DNA of 57,956 bases, from the IMG/VR virus record IMGVR_UViG_3300038428_000087, positions 1 to 57,956 of that record. One strand, 5' to 3'. Below the pieces are notes generated by a model, which saw only the letters and a list, made by a program, of their open reading frames with translations, was not told the origin of the DNA and did not search any database. The position numbers were made by a program, and so were the translations under genes. Positions 38,535 to 47,090 of this stretch are shown here, one piece after another (positions within the stretch are counted from its first letter, which is position 1; every line of letters starts with the position of its first letter). The stretch comes from a virus. Lineage: Duplodnaviria; Caudoviricetes.

Positions 38535-38647
38535 ACGAAGAAGAGTGGCACCACCATCACCACAAGCATAAAAGATACTACGAACCTTCAACGAGTAGAA
38601 TCGTACGGGTGCTTGTAACCAAGAAGCACCATCACTGGAGAGAATAA
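38531..38647 (+). CDS. 38-aa His-rich peptide carrying an Ig terminal-strand motif
   Basis: ATGA overlap with the upstream stop and a GGAGG RBS. Translation: MNEEEWHHHHHKHKRYYEPSTSRIVRVLVTKKHHHWRE. Confidence 0.65.
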   Translation: MNEEEWHHHHHKHKRYYEPSTSRIVRVLVTKKHHHWRE

Positions 38648-38696
38648 AATTTAAGGAGGTGTTATAATAGACGCAAATACGATAAACTTTATTTCT

Positions 38697-38942
38697 GTGT
38701 TCGTCGGCGTCATATTGGGTATTGTCCTTACGCAGTTAATGGTCGATGTAAGTCCGATGATCCATAAGATAGTGATCTCTGTAATGGCCGTTCTCGCCGT
38801 TATGGGTTCGCTCGCAACCGGCGGATCGGTAGTAATTCCAGCGTTCTTCTCTTCGCTCATCGTCGGTTATGTTGCCGGTGTGACGTTTGAGACGAACGGA
38901 GCTATGGTCCAACTGCGTAAGCAGTTAGCAAAGAAAGAATAG
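38697..38942 (+). CDS. Multi-pass small membrane protein (holin-like); true start may be ATA at 38667
   Basis: About three hydrophobic segments and a basic C-terminus; GGAGGTG at 38655-38661. Confidence 0.6.
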   Translation: MFVGVILGIVLTQLMVDVSPMIHKIVISVMAVLAVMGSLATGGSVVIPAFFSSLIVGYVAGVTFETNGAMVQLRKQLAKKE

Positions 38943-38947
38943 CGATA

Positions 38948-38990
38948 TTCTTTCACTCTTTTTCTTTTTTAACCACCTTATTTTTTATAC
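38948..38990 (+). terminator. Archaeal-type T-tract terminator of the late operon
   Basis: Several T runs directly after the last structural/lysis gene. Confidence 0.55.
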
Positions 38991-39380
38991 TATTAAGTCA
39001 ATCCTTTAGTTTGCAGAAGGAACATCTGCTGGGCGCGCTGGCGGGGCGCGTGTAGGATTAACGGTATGATTCCAGCTTTGGAACGCCCTCTCTGGGTCCG
39101 GACGCGGGGCAGGCACCAGTTGGATAATGCCGCGAAGACTACAACCAGGTACCCCAAATCCTCGCCTACGCTCACTTTCTCACCTATCCTTTATACCACA
39201 ACTCTACCCCTTTCAGCGTTGCTTTTCAATTCAAGCCCACTGCGTAGAGTAAACGCGTTTTTAAACATCGTATATATACTTGAGGCCGCTCTTTAGTGGG
39301 TTGCTCGTATCTTTGTCGCGTTGACGCTACAATTTACGTACGATACCTATTAATAGTATTATAGTGTATTACATATTGTT

Positions 39381-39506
39381 ATGTTAACTAAGAGTGAAAA
39401 GACGATGATACAGGTAAGCAAGAAAACGAGGGAAGAGCTGCATGCGATTGGCAAGAAAGGCGAGTCGTATGATACTATTATCCGCCGTTTGCTAAGAGGT
39501 GAATGA
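39381..39506 (+). CDS. Small archaeal-type ribbon-helix-helix protein (41 aa)
   Basis: MLTKSEKTMIQVSKKTREELHAIGKKGESYDTIIRRLLRGE; TATA-like CTATTAATAG about 30 nt upstream. Confidence 0.7.
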   Translation: MLTKSEKTMIQVSKKTREELHAIGKKGESYDTIIRRLLRGE

Positions 39507-40063
39507 AAATGAAACAAATTGTAATCTTTGGAGTTATCGCACTCATCATCTGCGCCATAGGAATAGCTGGCTGCACAACCCAAATCCCCGCACCAAATAA
39601 CCAGTTGAACACGACTAATGTTACTACGACTTCCGCTGTTTCTAAAGCCGTTGTTACACCTACGCCTACTGTTGTAGCCACGCCAACGCCAACAGTGACA
39701 CCTTTACCTACTCCTATACCTACACCTATACCTTCGCCTTTACCTACCCCGATAACGCCTACCGTGATGGGAATAAGCATGATGCCCGTTGCAGTCATCC
39801 AAGGAGAACCGATCGCTTTTACTACCTGGGTAAACGCTAACGGCCACGCAGTTCCGAACCTACCAATCAACTGCTACGTGGATGGTGTGTTTATAGGAAC
39901 GGTATCTTCCGCTAATGGTTACGCACAATTTACCACGGGATCATTGAACGTGCCGCTTGGTACTGTTACGGTAACGGCGTCGTTCGCTGGAAATAGTCAG
40001 TACGGTGCATCAAGTCAAGGTGGAAGCTTTAAGTTGGTAGTAGATTTGAACGCCACCAGATGA
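39503..40063 (+). CDS. Lipoprotein with PT linker and Ig-like domain
   Basis: Signal peptide with lipobox-like IAGC, Thr/Pro linker, C-terminal SFAGNSQYGASS. Confidence 0.8.
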   Translation: MKMKQIVIFGVIALIICAIGIAGCTTQIPAPNNQLNTTNVTTTSAVSKAVVTPTPTVVATPTPTVTPLPTPIPTPIPSPLPTPITPTVMGISMMPVAVIQGEPIAFTTWVNANGHAVPNLPINCYVDGVFIGTVSSANGYAQFTTGSLNVPLGTVTVTASFAGNSQYGASSQGGSFKLVVDLNATR

Positions 40064-40157
40064 GTGAACAAAATTGTTTAACAGCGGAGGGCGTTACGGC
40101 GTTATCTAAGATACAAAAGAAGGGTTTTGTATTCTGAAGAAATGAGGGGTTTGAAAA

Positions 40158-40358
40158 ATGACCAACTTCGTGGACATTGATACACTCGATATGATTACGC
40201 AGCAAATCGTTTATGACGCTCAGATAGAAGCCTCAATTTGTGGGAATTGCGTACATAACCGAAGATACTACGACGACAGCCATCAGTGTGAACGCAGACC
40301 GTCAGTATGTGACATAGAGATGATTGAACTTAAAAAATGTGGGTGGAAGAAAAAATGA
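40158..40358 (+). CDS. Small Cys-rich hypothetical protein
   Basis: Motif-preceded ATG; CGNC..C..C..C. Confidence 0.6.
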   Translation: MTNFVDIDTLDMITQQIVYDAQIEASICGNCVHNRRYYDDSHQCERRPSVCDIEMIELKKCGWKKK

Positions 40359-40513
40359 CCATCAAATATCTTGAACACTACGATGATATAAACCAAACGG
40401 GCGAGGTAGTAATCCGATTTAATTATAAAGATTTAGACCAAGCAAGTGAAACGTGGCTCGGGAATTTGCGTCTTCAGTTAGATATAATTAAGGATATCAT
40501 AGAAGAAAAATGA

Positions 40514-40678
40514 GGTTTGAAAAATGACAGAAACAGGATACGAACACATTGGTGGTGAATCTGAAGAGCAACCAGAACCGGACGTGTTGTTAGATTATAT
40601 CACATATGGGTTCAGTGGTATGCCAGTTCCGAGAAAATGCGCCAAGAAAATATGGAAAAAATGAGGTTTGAAAAATGA
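40514..40678 (+). repeat. 165-bp exact direct repeat, copy 1 (contains 46-aa gene 40524-40664)
   Basis: Identical to 41111-41275; both ends lie inside the GGTTTGAAAAATGA motif. Confidence 0.92.
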
Positions 40679-40911
40679 ATGACGATGCTGATTTTGACCG
40701 AGCCGTGAAAGCATATAAACAGTCATTGAAAGGACGACGTATTATAATCCTCAACAAAACAACAAAGCGCCTTATTAAAAGTTGCACAGAGTACTGGGAT
40801 TATCCATCATACGACTATCTGTTAGTCGATTCAATAAATGCGTTGTTCGATAAGAAGCACGTAGAGGGACTGAAAAATGGCTATACATTATCCGCCGTGC
40901 TGCGACTGTAA
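40675..40911 (+). CDS. Hypothetical protein
   Basis: Motif-preceded ATG. Confidence 0.55.
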   Translation: MNDDADFDRAVKAYKQSLKGRRIIILNKTTKRLIKSCTEYWDYPSYDYLLVDSINALFDKKHVEGLKNGYTLSAVLRL

Positions 40912-41110
40912 GCATTTGCAACGCAGTAAAAAAACTCGAAAAGGAATTCAGATGTTTTGGGAGTGCGAAGCCGGTGAGAAGGTGAGGCACCCCACGACTA
41001 GTTGTAAAAGTTTCGAAGAAGGCTACGTGTCTTAAAAGATGTGACAAAATAGCTCTTACGTAGTGAGGATACAAAAGACATGTTTCGTATCTTAACGGAG
41101 AACGTAGGGG

Positions 41111-41275
41111 GGTTTGAAAAATGACAGAAACAGGATACGAACACATTGGTGGTGAATCTGAAGAGCAACCAGAACCGGACGTGTTGTTAGATTATATCAC
41201 ATATGGGTTCAGTGGTATGCCAGTTCCGAGAAAATGCGCCAAGAAAATATGGAAAAAATGAGGTTTGAAAAATGA
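41111..41275 (+). repeat. 165-bp exact direct repeat, copy 2 (contains 46-aa gene 41121-41261)
   Basis: Identical to 40514-40678, offset 597 nt. Confidence 0.92.
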
Positions 41276-41420
41276 CCAAGTGCATAGATTGCAAAATGGA
41301 GATATTTACTGGGGATGACGGCACGCATCTTTGCGCCGCATGCCACGCGGAACGCTGGAAAAACGCCCAACCATTAGTAACTATTTATGATTTAGGTAAA
41401 GAAAAAAAGAGGTCTGAAAA

Positions 41421-41666
41421 ATGACCGATAAAGAAAAATGGCTGGAGATATTAGCCAATTTATACTGGAGCATTGAGGACATAGAAGGCTCCGCGTATTG
41501 TGGTTCTATTGCATGCATCCAAAAAATCCTTGACGAATTAGATATAACCCGCGAAGAATTAGATTCATATATGAATGACGGTGATAGTGACTGTCACTGG
41601 TGGAACCCCTACTGCAATAAAAACTGGGTTTGTAAGTCATATGAAGAACAATATGAGAAGAAATGA
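41421..41666 (+). CDS. Hypothetical protein
   Basis: Motif-preceded ATG. Confidence 0.6.
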   Translation: MTDKEKWLEILANLYWSIEDIEGSAYCGSIACIQKILDELDITREELDSYMNDGDSDCHWWNPYCNKNWVCKSYEEQYEKK

Positions 41667-42014
41667 GAGGTTTGAAAAATGACTTTTATTTGTTGTGCGT
41701 ACACCTTGCACCTACTCTGGGAAGATGAAGTTGTGATTGTAAACGGAGTTCCTTACTGTAAAGAACACGCCAAAGATGTAACGTTTATTCCACGGATGGT
41801 AGAACTAGCAGAACGCCAGCGACAAGAGGCCGAACAATGAAACCTATCCCTATTTCAGAAGACTGGATTGATCCTAGAACCCTACCAGACAAAAAACTAA
41901 GTGGACTTGCGCGGGGAGCAATCATCGGGTTAATAGTGGTGTTTGTTTTCTGGGCCCTTGTTTTTATTATCGCTGGAGCAATGCTGGTGTTACATTAAAA
42001 AGGAGGTGAAATAC

Positions 42015-42218
42015 ATGGCTAATATATTCTTCACGCTGGGAGTCGCTATTATAGCTTTCCTAGTACTGCTCCTAATACTAGGATTCCTGGCGCTGTTTTT
42101 CTTTGCGCTGTTCGGACCTGTCGGCGTACTAGTGATAGTAGTATTCGTATTACTGCTGCTGTACGCGGTGGTTAAGGCGTCCAGGTCTAAGAAGCAGAAA
42201 GAAGATGTAGTCGCGTAG
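42015..42218 (+). CDS. Small two-helix membrane protein
   Basis: AGGAGGTG RBS before the ATG at 42015; very hydrophobic with a basic tail; followed by a T-tract. Confidence 0.7.
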   Translation: MANIFFTLGVAIIAFLVLLLILGFLALFFFALFGPVGVLVIVVFVLLLLYAVVKASRSKKQKEDVVA

Positions 42219-42355
42219 TATCTTCGGGTACTACTTTTCTTTTTTCCTAATTTAGGGGGTATATATAACTTTTTAATAATCTACCGTTTCTAAACTGACT
42301 AAATACAAACTTAAGATATTGTATAAAGTGGTTTATTAGGATAAGGAGGAATGAA

Positions 42356-42919
42356 ATGTTCTCAGTAATGGAACGCGCGTACTACAAAAAAATAGAAAAT
42401 ATGTTATTGGAGTGCTTAGTTTATGCTTCGCGACACCCCAACCCTTACACAGCGAGAACAGCAAAAGAACTTTGTGCATTTATGCATGACGGGTGTCCCG
42501 AAACAGAATACAAACCAAATATAGAGCTAATAGAAAAATGCTTAAGGCGACTTAAAGATGAGCGCTTAGTCTACTGTTACCGACAGAAAACGGTGAGTAA
42601 AGACTTAGCGTGGATGATCTCGCCGCGAGTATCCGCGTGCGACTGCGTTGAGCGTTTAGCGACTCTAGATTGTATACGTGGAGATTTTGAGATTGCGTGT
42701 GATCTATTAGCTGAGCTTTTAATCTACCATAATAAACACATGCAGTCTAAAAATTGGGTCGAAGGACACCTTAAAACCATATTGCCTGCTATCAAAAGAT
42801 ATTTCACACAGGAAGAATGGGAAGACCTAATGGGTAAGGGTAAGAACCGGACTGAGTACCTCGAAGAAATAGAAGAACAGTTAGCTAATAGAGGATTGAT
42901 AAGGGGTATAAACAAATGA
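42356..42919 (+). CDS. Hypothetical protein, possible winged-helix
   Basis: TAKEL..IEKCLRRLKDERLV..W pattern. Confidence 0.5.
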   Translation: MFSVMERAYYKKIENMLLECLVYASRHPNPYTARTAKELCAFMHDGCPETEYKPNIELIEKCLRRLKDERLVYCYRQKTVSKDLAWMISPRVSACDCVERLATLDCIRGDFEIACDLLAELLIYHNKHMQSKNWVEGHLKTILPAIKRYFTQEEWEDLMGKGKNRTEYLEEIEEQLANRGLIRGINK

Positions 42920-43671
42920 CACCAAATACATTGAGCGGAAGCTCACAAATGAGTCCGAACTGTGAAAAAGACAAACTGATCGAAGCCGCCAAGTATATGA
43001 AAGCTTGCGGATTGGGTGGGTCTAAATCAAGTTTGTATTATGGAATCCGAGCAATAGAACTTCGTGAGAAACTTAAAGGCGACGGGTTAGCCAAAGACGG
43101 CCGTCGGAAGGTCAATGATAAAACAGTTGCATTGGTATATGGTCGTAACACAAGTTTGGAGGACTCAGAACAGCTATACAACGTGGCACTTAAACACTTA
43201 AAGGACGATCCAAACATTAAATCCTCAGTTCTTAATGGGGTTATCAGGGGCGTCAAGCGCGAACTTGGACACAAACAGGAGGACCACAGCACACTAAAAG
43301 AGCGCTTCGTTGTAGCACTCAAAAAAGAGGGGTGGGTCTTAAAACTAAAGGAGGCGACGTTGGCTGGGCCTGTCGACATAGTGACGAACGATAAGACGAC
43401 GTTGTTTGAAGTAGAAGCGCATATAAGCAACCCCCGCACGGACACAGCTCGCATGGCTACGGCATTAGGCAAACTACTGATCCACAAAACATTTTATCCA
43501 AATGCTAAACTCTATATAGCGACTTCGGATAAGATCTCAGTTGCTTGGAGAAACGCGTTTAAAAAATTTGGAATCGGTAACGTGATTATACTGACAGGCG
43601 GGGGCCTACTCTACTACGACGCCGAATCGCGAAGCAATGAGGTGGTACAGTCGCAAGCATTAAAGGCTTGA
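42916..43671 (+). CDS. Protein with C-terminal PD-(D/E)XK nuclease-like domain
   Basis: E...GPVDIV....LFEVE...ALGKLL.H; ExE in place of ExK. Confidence 0.5.
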   Translation: MTPNTLSGSSQMSPNCEKDKLIEAAKYMKACGLGGSKSSLYYGIRAIELREKLKGDGLAKDGRRKVNDKTVALVYGRNTSLEDSEQLYNVALKHLKDDPNIKSSVLNGVIRGVKRELGHKQEDHSTLKERFVVALKKEGWVLKLKEATLAGPVDIVTNDKTTLFEVEAHISNPRTDTARMATALGKLLIHKTFYPNAKLYIATSDKISVAWRNAFKKFGIGNVIILTGGGLLYYDAESRSNEVVQSQALKA

Positions 43672-43788
43672 CTATTCTATCTCTGTCACGTTAAACACAA
43701 CAAAAGATATATTAGTTCAATACATAGAGAGTGAGTACCGTTATCCCTGCACAGGGCAAGCCGCTCTTAAGGCGGTCGCTTTTGACCG

Positions 43789-44106
43789 CTATTTCTTTTT
43801 TCTTTTGAATATCCTTTTCCACCATGGTTCTGCTGCTGGAAGCAACTTCGTAGTGACCAGGCTGTACTCACCTTTTAACCATTCAAAGTCCAATTTAAGC
43901 GCAGTATATTCTTCCTTTTGAATCTCAAGTAGTTTATCCTTGTGTTCAAGCTCTTTTTTAAGTATATCTATATCATGTGCCTCTGAACTGTAATATGCTT
44001 CAATCGCGTGCTGGATGACCTTCGCCCTAGAAGTTCCATTATCTAGAGTATCTCTCTCAATCTTCTCCGCGAGTTCGGTTGTGAGGTCCAGCTTTATTGA
44101 TGGCAT
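43789..44106 (-). CDS. CopG/ribbon-helix-helix regulator with coiled coil
   Basis: SIKLDL..EL..I..GTSRAKVIQHAIEAY; divergent from cdc6. Confidence 0.75.
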   Translation of the reverse strand: MPSIKLDLTTELAEKIERDTLDNGTSRAKVIQHAIEAYYSSEAHDIDILKKELEHKDKLLEIQKEEYTALKLDFEWLKGEYSLVTTKLLPAAEPWWKRIFKRKKK

Positions 44107-44188
44107 GGTCTAGGAATCACAAGGTGAGATAATAAAGATTGTGATGTGGACGTTAATCTAGATTAATTCTTAGAAACTCCCCTCACTT

Positions 44189-44371
44189 TAGGTGGGGGGG
44201 AGGGGTTGAACGACGTAACATAACCACGACACCGACCTGCCAAAAAGAGGATATGGGTAGTTATATATATCTCAAAGAACATAACACCACAACAAGACTT
44301 TTTTTAATAATCAAATCAATCATCCTAGACCTTTTTTAATAATACGTCGTTCAGGGGGTCCCCCCCACCTA
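44189..44371. other. Putative replication origin: inverted ORB-like repeats with G-strings around an AT-rich unwinding element
   Basis: TAGGTGGGGGGGAGGGGTTGAACGACGTA (44189-44217) has an inverted copy at 44343-44371; T-tract repeats lie between; cdc6 starts about 100 nt downstream. Confidence 0.75.
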
Positions 44372-44475
44372 GCCGTTTCTTTAAATATAAAATACGTTGC
44401 AAGGTGTGTTAAACAACGCAAACAACGAAAACGACGTATTTATATACAAGATATGCGTTCTCTCTAGCGAGCGTT

Positions 44476-45618
44476 ATGGACGATATCATGCGTGAACTAG
44501 TAGAAGAGGCCCCGGTCATATTCAAAGACGAACGCACCCTCACCCCACTATACGCTCCAAAGAAGATAGTCGAACGGGATGAGATGATTCGGGAGATAGG
44601 GAAGAACATACGAAAACTGGCACGCGCTCAATTACCACATCACATGTTAATCTTAGGTGGAAACGGCACGGGGAAGACCGTTACGGTCCAATACGTCATG
44701 CACCAGATCAGCGAGGTCGCGGCGTTTTATTACATCCACTTGCATGGCAGCGATGAGGTTCCATTGTATGAGACATTGCGGTATATAGCCGATGATTGTC
44801 TTTGTATGATCCAGGCTAAAGACATCTCTTGGGCTGCCGTTTATGATCAGTTCGCCGACTCTCTACGTCAGCAGAATAAACCACTTATCCTCGTGCTTGA
44901 CGAGTTTGATTATTTTATTACCGGTCCGATGTTCAAGTTGCTCAAGAAGTTGTCACGTAATCCAAACGTCTGTATGATAGGGATAAGCAATGATTATAAT
45001 GTTCTTGACATGGTAAACGACCCAAGCTTTCTTTCTGCCTTCAATCCGCAGCGTGTGGAGTTTCCAGAATACACAGGTGAAGAGCTTGAAACGATCCTAC
45101 AAGAGAGGGCTAAAGAGGCGTTACTCCCTAACACACTGGATGAAATTGTTATTAAGCTGATTGCCGCATTTACCTTAAATAAACGAAGCGGAGATGCTCG
45201 TTATGCGTTGGATCTTTTAAAATATTCTGCAGACAATAGTACCGATAACAACCGAGAAAAGATATTCGAAGAGGATGTGCGCACATCAGTTGAGCGTTTA
45301 GAGCTCGTTTATAATGTGAGCATCGTCACGCGTTTGCCTCCACAACTCAAGCGCATCGCTGCCCAGGTAGTGAAAAAAGAAGTAATCAAACGCAGTGAGG
45401 TGCTCGATGCGTATAACAAAGCAGCTAAGCGACATGGCTTTGCGACGCTTTCTAGAACTAAGTTTTCATTTTATTTAAGTTCACTTGAGCGGAAGGGTAT
45501 TATCGAGCGAACAAACAAAGGTGGGGGCAGAGGTAAAGGTATCGAGCGGCTTGTGCGGTTGTCTCCTAACCTTGACATTGATGAGACTAAGGAGGCATTA
45601 GTCGATTTTGCGGGATGA
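44476..45618 (+). CDS. cdc6: Orc1/Cdc6 family replication initiator
   Basis: IFKDE..L.P.Y.P..I..R, Walker A GGNGTGKT, Walker B LVLDEFD, F.EY..EL..IL.ER, SGDAR.ALDLL, C-terminal winged helix with GRG. Confidence 0.93.
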   Translation: MDDIMRELVEEAPVIFKDERTLTPLYAPKKIVERDEMIREIGKNIRKLARAQLPHHMLILGGNGTGKTVTVQYVMHQISEVAAFYYIHLHGSDEVPLYETLRYIADDCLCMIQAKDISWAAVYDQFADSLRQQNKPLILVLDEFDYFITGPMFKLLKKLSRNPNVCMIGISNDYNVLDMVNDPSFLSAFNPQRVEFPEYTGEELETILQERAKEALLPNTLDEIVIKLIAAFTLNKRSGDARYALDLLKYSADNSTDNNREKIFEEDVRTSVERLELVYNVSIVTRLPPQLKRIAAQVVKKEVIKRSEVLDAYNKAAKRHGFATLSRTKFSFYLSSLERKGIIERTNKGGGRGKGIERLVRLSPNLDIDETKEALVDFAG

Positions 45619-45630
45619 GGTAAGAAAAAA

Positions 45631-45843
45631 ATGAACGACACAGCAATTTTAGAGTTAGTTAAGCGGTCTTTGAGACAAGGCGAATGGTCCGACAAACGAT
45701 ATGGTGGTTCTTTTAACCCAAGCGATAAGCGAAATGATGGTCAAAGGCTATTAGAACTAATCGAACATGAGCAGTCGGAAGAAGAGCTCAATGAGCGGAT
45801 TAAGAAGGAAGTCAAAAGGCAACTGAGCTATAAACACCGTTAG
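45631..45843 (+). CDS. Hypothetical protein
   Basis: GAGGT RBS; directly after cdc6. Confidence 0.55.
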   Translation: MNDTAILELVKRSLRQGEWSDKRYGGSFNPSDKRNDGQRLLELIEHEQSEEELNERIKKEVKRQLSYKHR

Positions 45844-45970
45844 TTGCCATCTCCCCACAATATTGCCCTGTAACAGCAACTTGTCACACAGCTTTATTAT
45901 ACCACAAACCAATAAGCTTAATACTCAAGGCTGCATTGACCATTTCCCACTTATGGAGGGGTGAAGGAAC

Positions 45971-47029
45971 ATGGCAACCACAAAAGAAGAAAAAGAAACT
46001 GAAAGAAAATTACCACAAGAAACGAAACGGCTTTTTATCAGCACTAAGCTTATTCGTCCAAATCGGTTCAATCCACGGACCGAGATAGACAAAGAAAGCG
46101 ATTCAGAGTTACTACAAAGCATCGCGGTCCGCGGCGTAGAAACTGAAATACGCGTACGCCCTCTCGAAGAACCCGACGAAGAAGGGCATTACTATGAAGT
46201 CTTTGACGGGGACCGCAGGTTACAGGCTGCAATCAAGGCAAAGCATGCTACAGTACCGATTATCATACTATCCAAATCAGACGACGAAGTCCTGGAATAC
46301 GGCCTCGTATCAACAATCCGCCGAGGGCTGCGCGGCGTCGAGATGGGGAGGACTCTTTTAGAACTCCAGAAAAGGTTTAGTTCAAAGTACCCAAACCAGA
46401 GAGCAATGGCACGCAAGCTTGGCATCTCGACCGCCAGGATTAATCAATACATTAAACTCGTCACCGACCTGGACCCAGAAGTACAGGATTTAGTCGCACC
46501 GGCAGATCAGCGAGGGAATATACCAGAAGGCGCGATAACCGACCGAATAGCGTATGAGATATCCCACATTCCGGACAAGGAACGGCAACGCGAAGTAGCT
46601 AAAGAAATCGCAACACACCCAAAGCTTACCAGCGATAGGGCCAGGCTCCTTGTCTACGAGGCACGCGACGAACCTGAAACACCAGTACCGGAATTAACGC
46701 AACGAAGATTAGAACATATCACCCCGTACCGGCCTACGCTTGTAATGTCAGCAGAAGATTATGAAGCACTAAAGTCCGGGAAGAAAAGGGTCTTAATAGA
46801 GCGGAAACGCAGGCCGGGGATGCAAAAAGACGCGGTAGTCGAACCACTCATTAAAGCCGAATCGCTCGAGCTCGCAGACGTGTTCGACCGTCCGTTAGGC
46901 AGGTTCAAAGACCTCGACGCAAAGAGCGCAGGGTATCCTGACCTTGAAAGCTTTAAAGAAGCGTGGTTAGAACGGTTTGGTGGAGAGTGGAACCCGCAAG
47001 AAGTAGTCTACGTCCTGTTGTTTAAGTGA
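45971..47029 (+). CDS. ParB/Spo0J-like protein with C-terminal ASCH-like domain
   Basis: PNRFNPR, VFDGDRRLQA, HTH (NQRAMARKLGIS); C-terminal LKSGKK..DAKSAGY.DLESFK.AW..VYVLLF. Confidence 0.82.
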   Translation: MATTKEEKETERKLPQETKRLFISTKLIRPNRFNPRTEIDKESDSELLQSIAVRGVETEIRVRPLEEPDEEGHYYEVFDGDRRLQAAIKAKHATVPIIILSKSDDEVLEYGLVSTIRRGLRGVEMGRTLLELQKRFSSKYPNQRAMARKLGISTARINQYIKLVTDLDPEVQDLVAPADQRGNIPEGAITDRIAYEISHIPDKERQREVAKEIATHPKLTSDRARLLVYEARDEPETPVPELTQRRLEHITPYRPTLVMSAEDYEALKSGKKRVLIERKRRPGMQKDAVVEPLIKAESLELADVFDRPLGRFKDLDAKSAGYPDLESFKEAWLERFGGEWNPQEVVYVLLFK

Positions 47030-47030
47030 A

Positions 47031-47090
47031 GCAATCTTGTTAACTCAGGTTAACATTGCTTCCCTTTTTTACCTTCCTTTTTACTTTTAG
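47031..47090 (+). terminator. Hairpin plus T-tract terminator
   Basis: TGTTAAC-TCAG-GTTAACA stem followed by T runs, right after the parB stop. Confidence 0.6.

Larger units (their letters stand above)
40144..41682 (+). repeat. Array of GAGGTTTGAAAAATGA(C) start-associated repeats in front of mini-genes
   Basis: The motif or a variant precedes ATGs at 40158, 40355, 40524, 40675, 40877, 41121, 41272, 41421 and 41679, and also 54703. Confidence 0.85.

Noticed and set aside
40144-41682. CRISPR or mini-CRISPR array
   Set aside because: Repeats are about 16 nt, contain the RBS and ATG, and are separated by 150-260 nt of open reading frame rather than constant spacers.
42916-43671. Restriction endonuclease partner of the Dcm methyltransferase
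   Set aside because: It lies 9 kb away, has an atypical catalytic motif and shows no link to the dcm-vsr insert.
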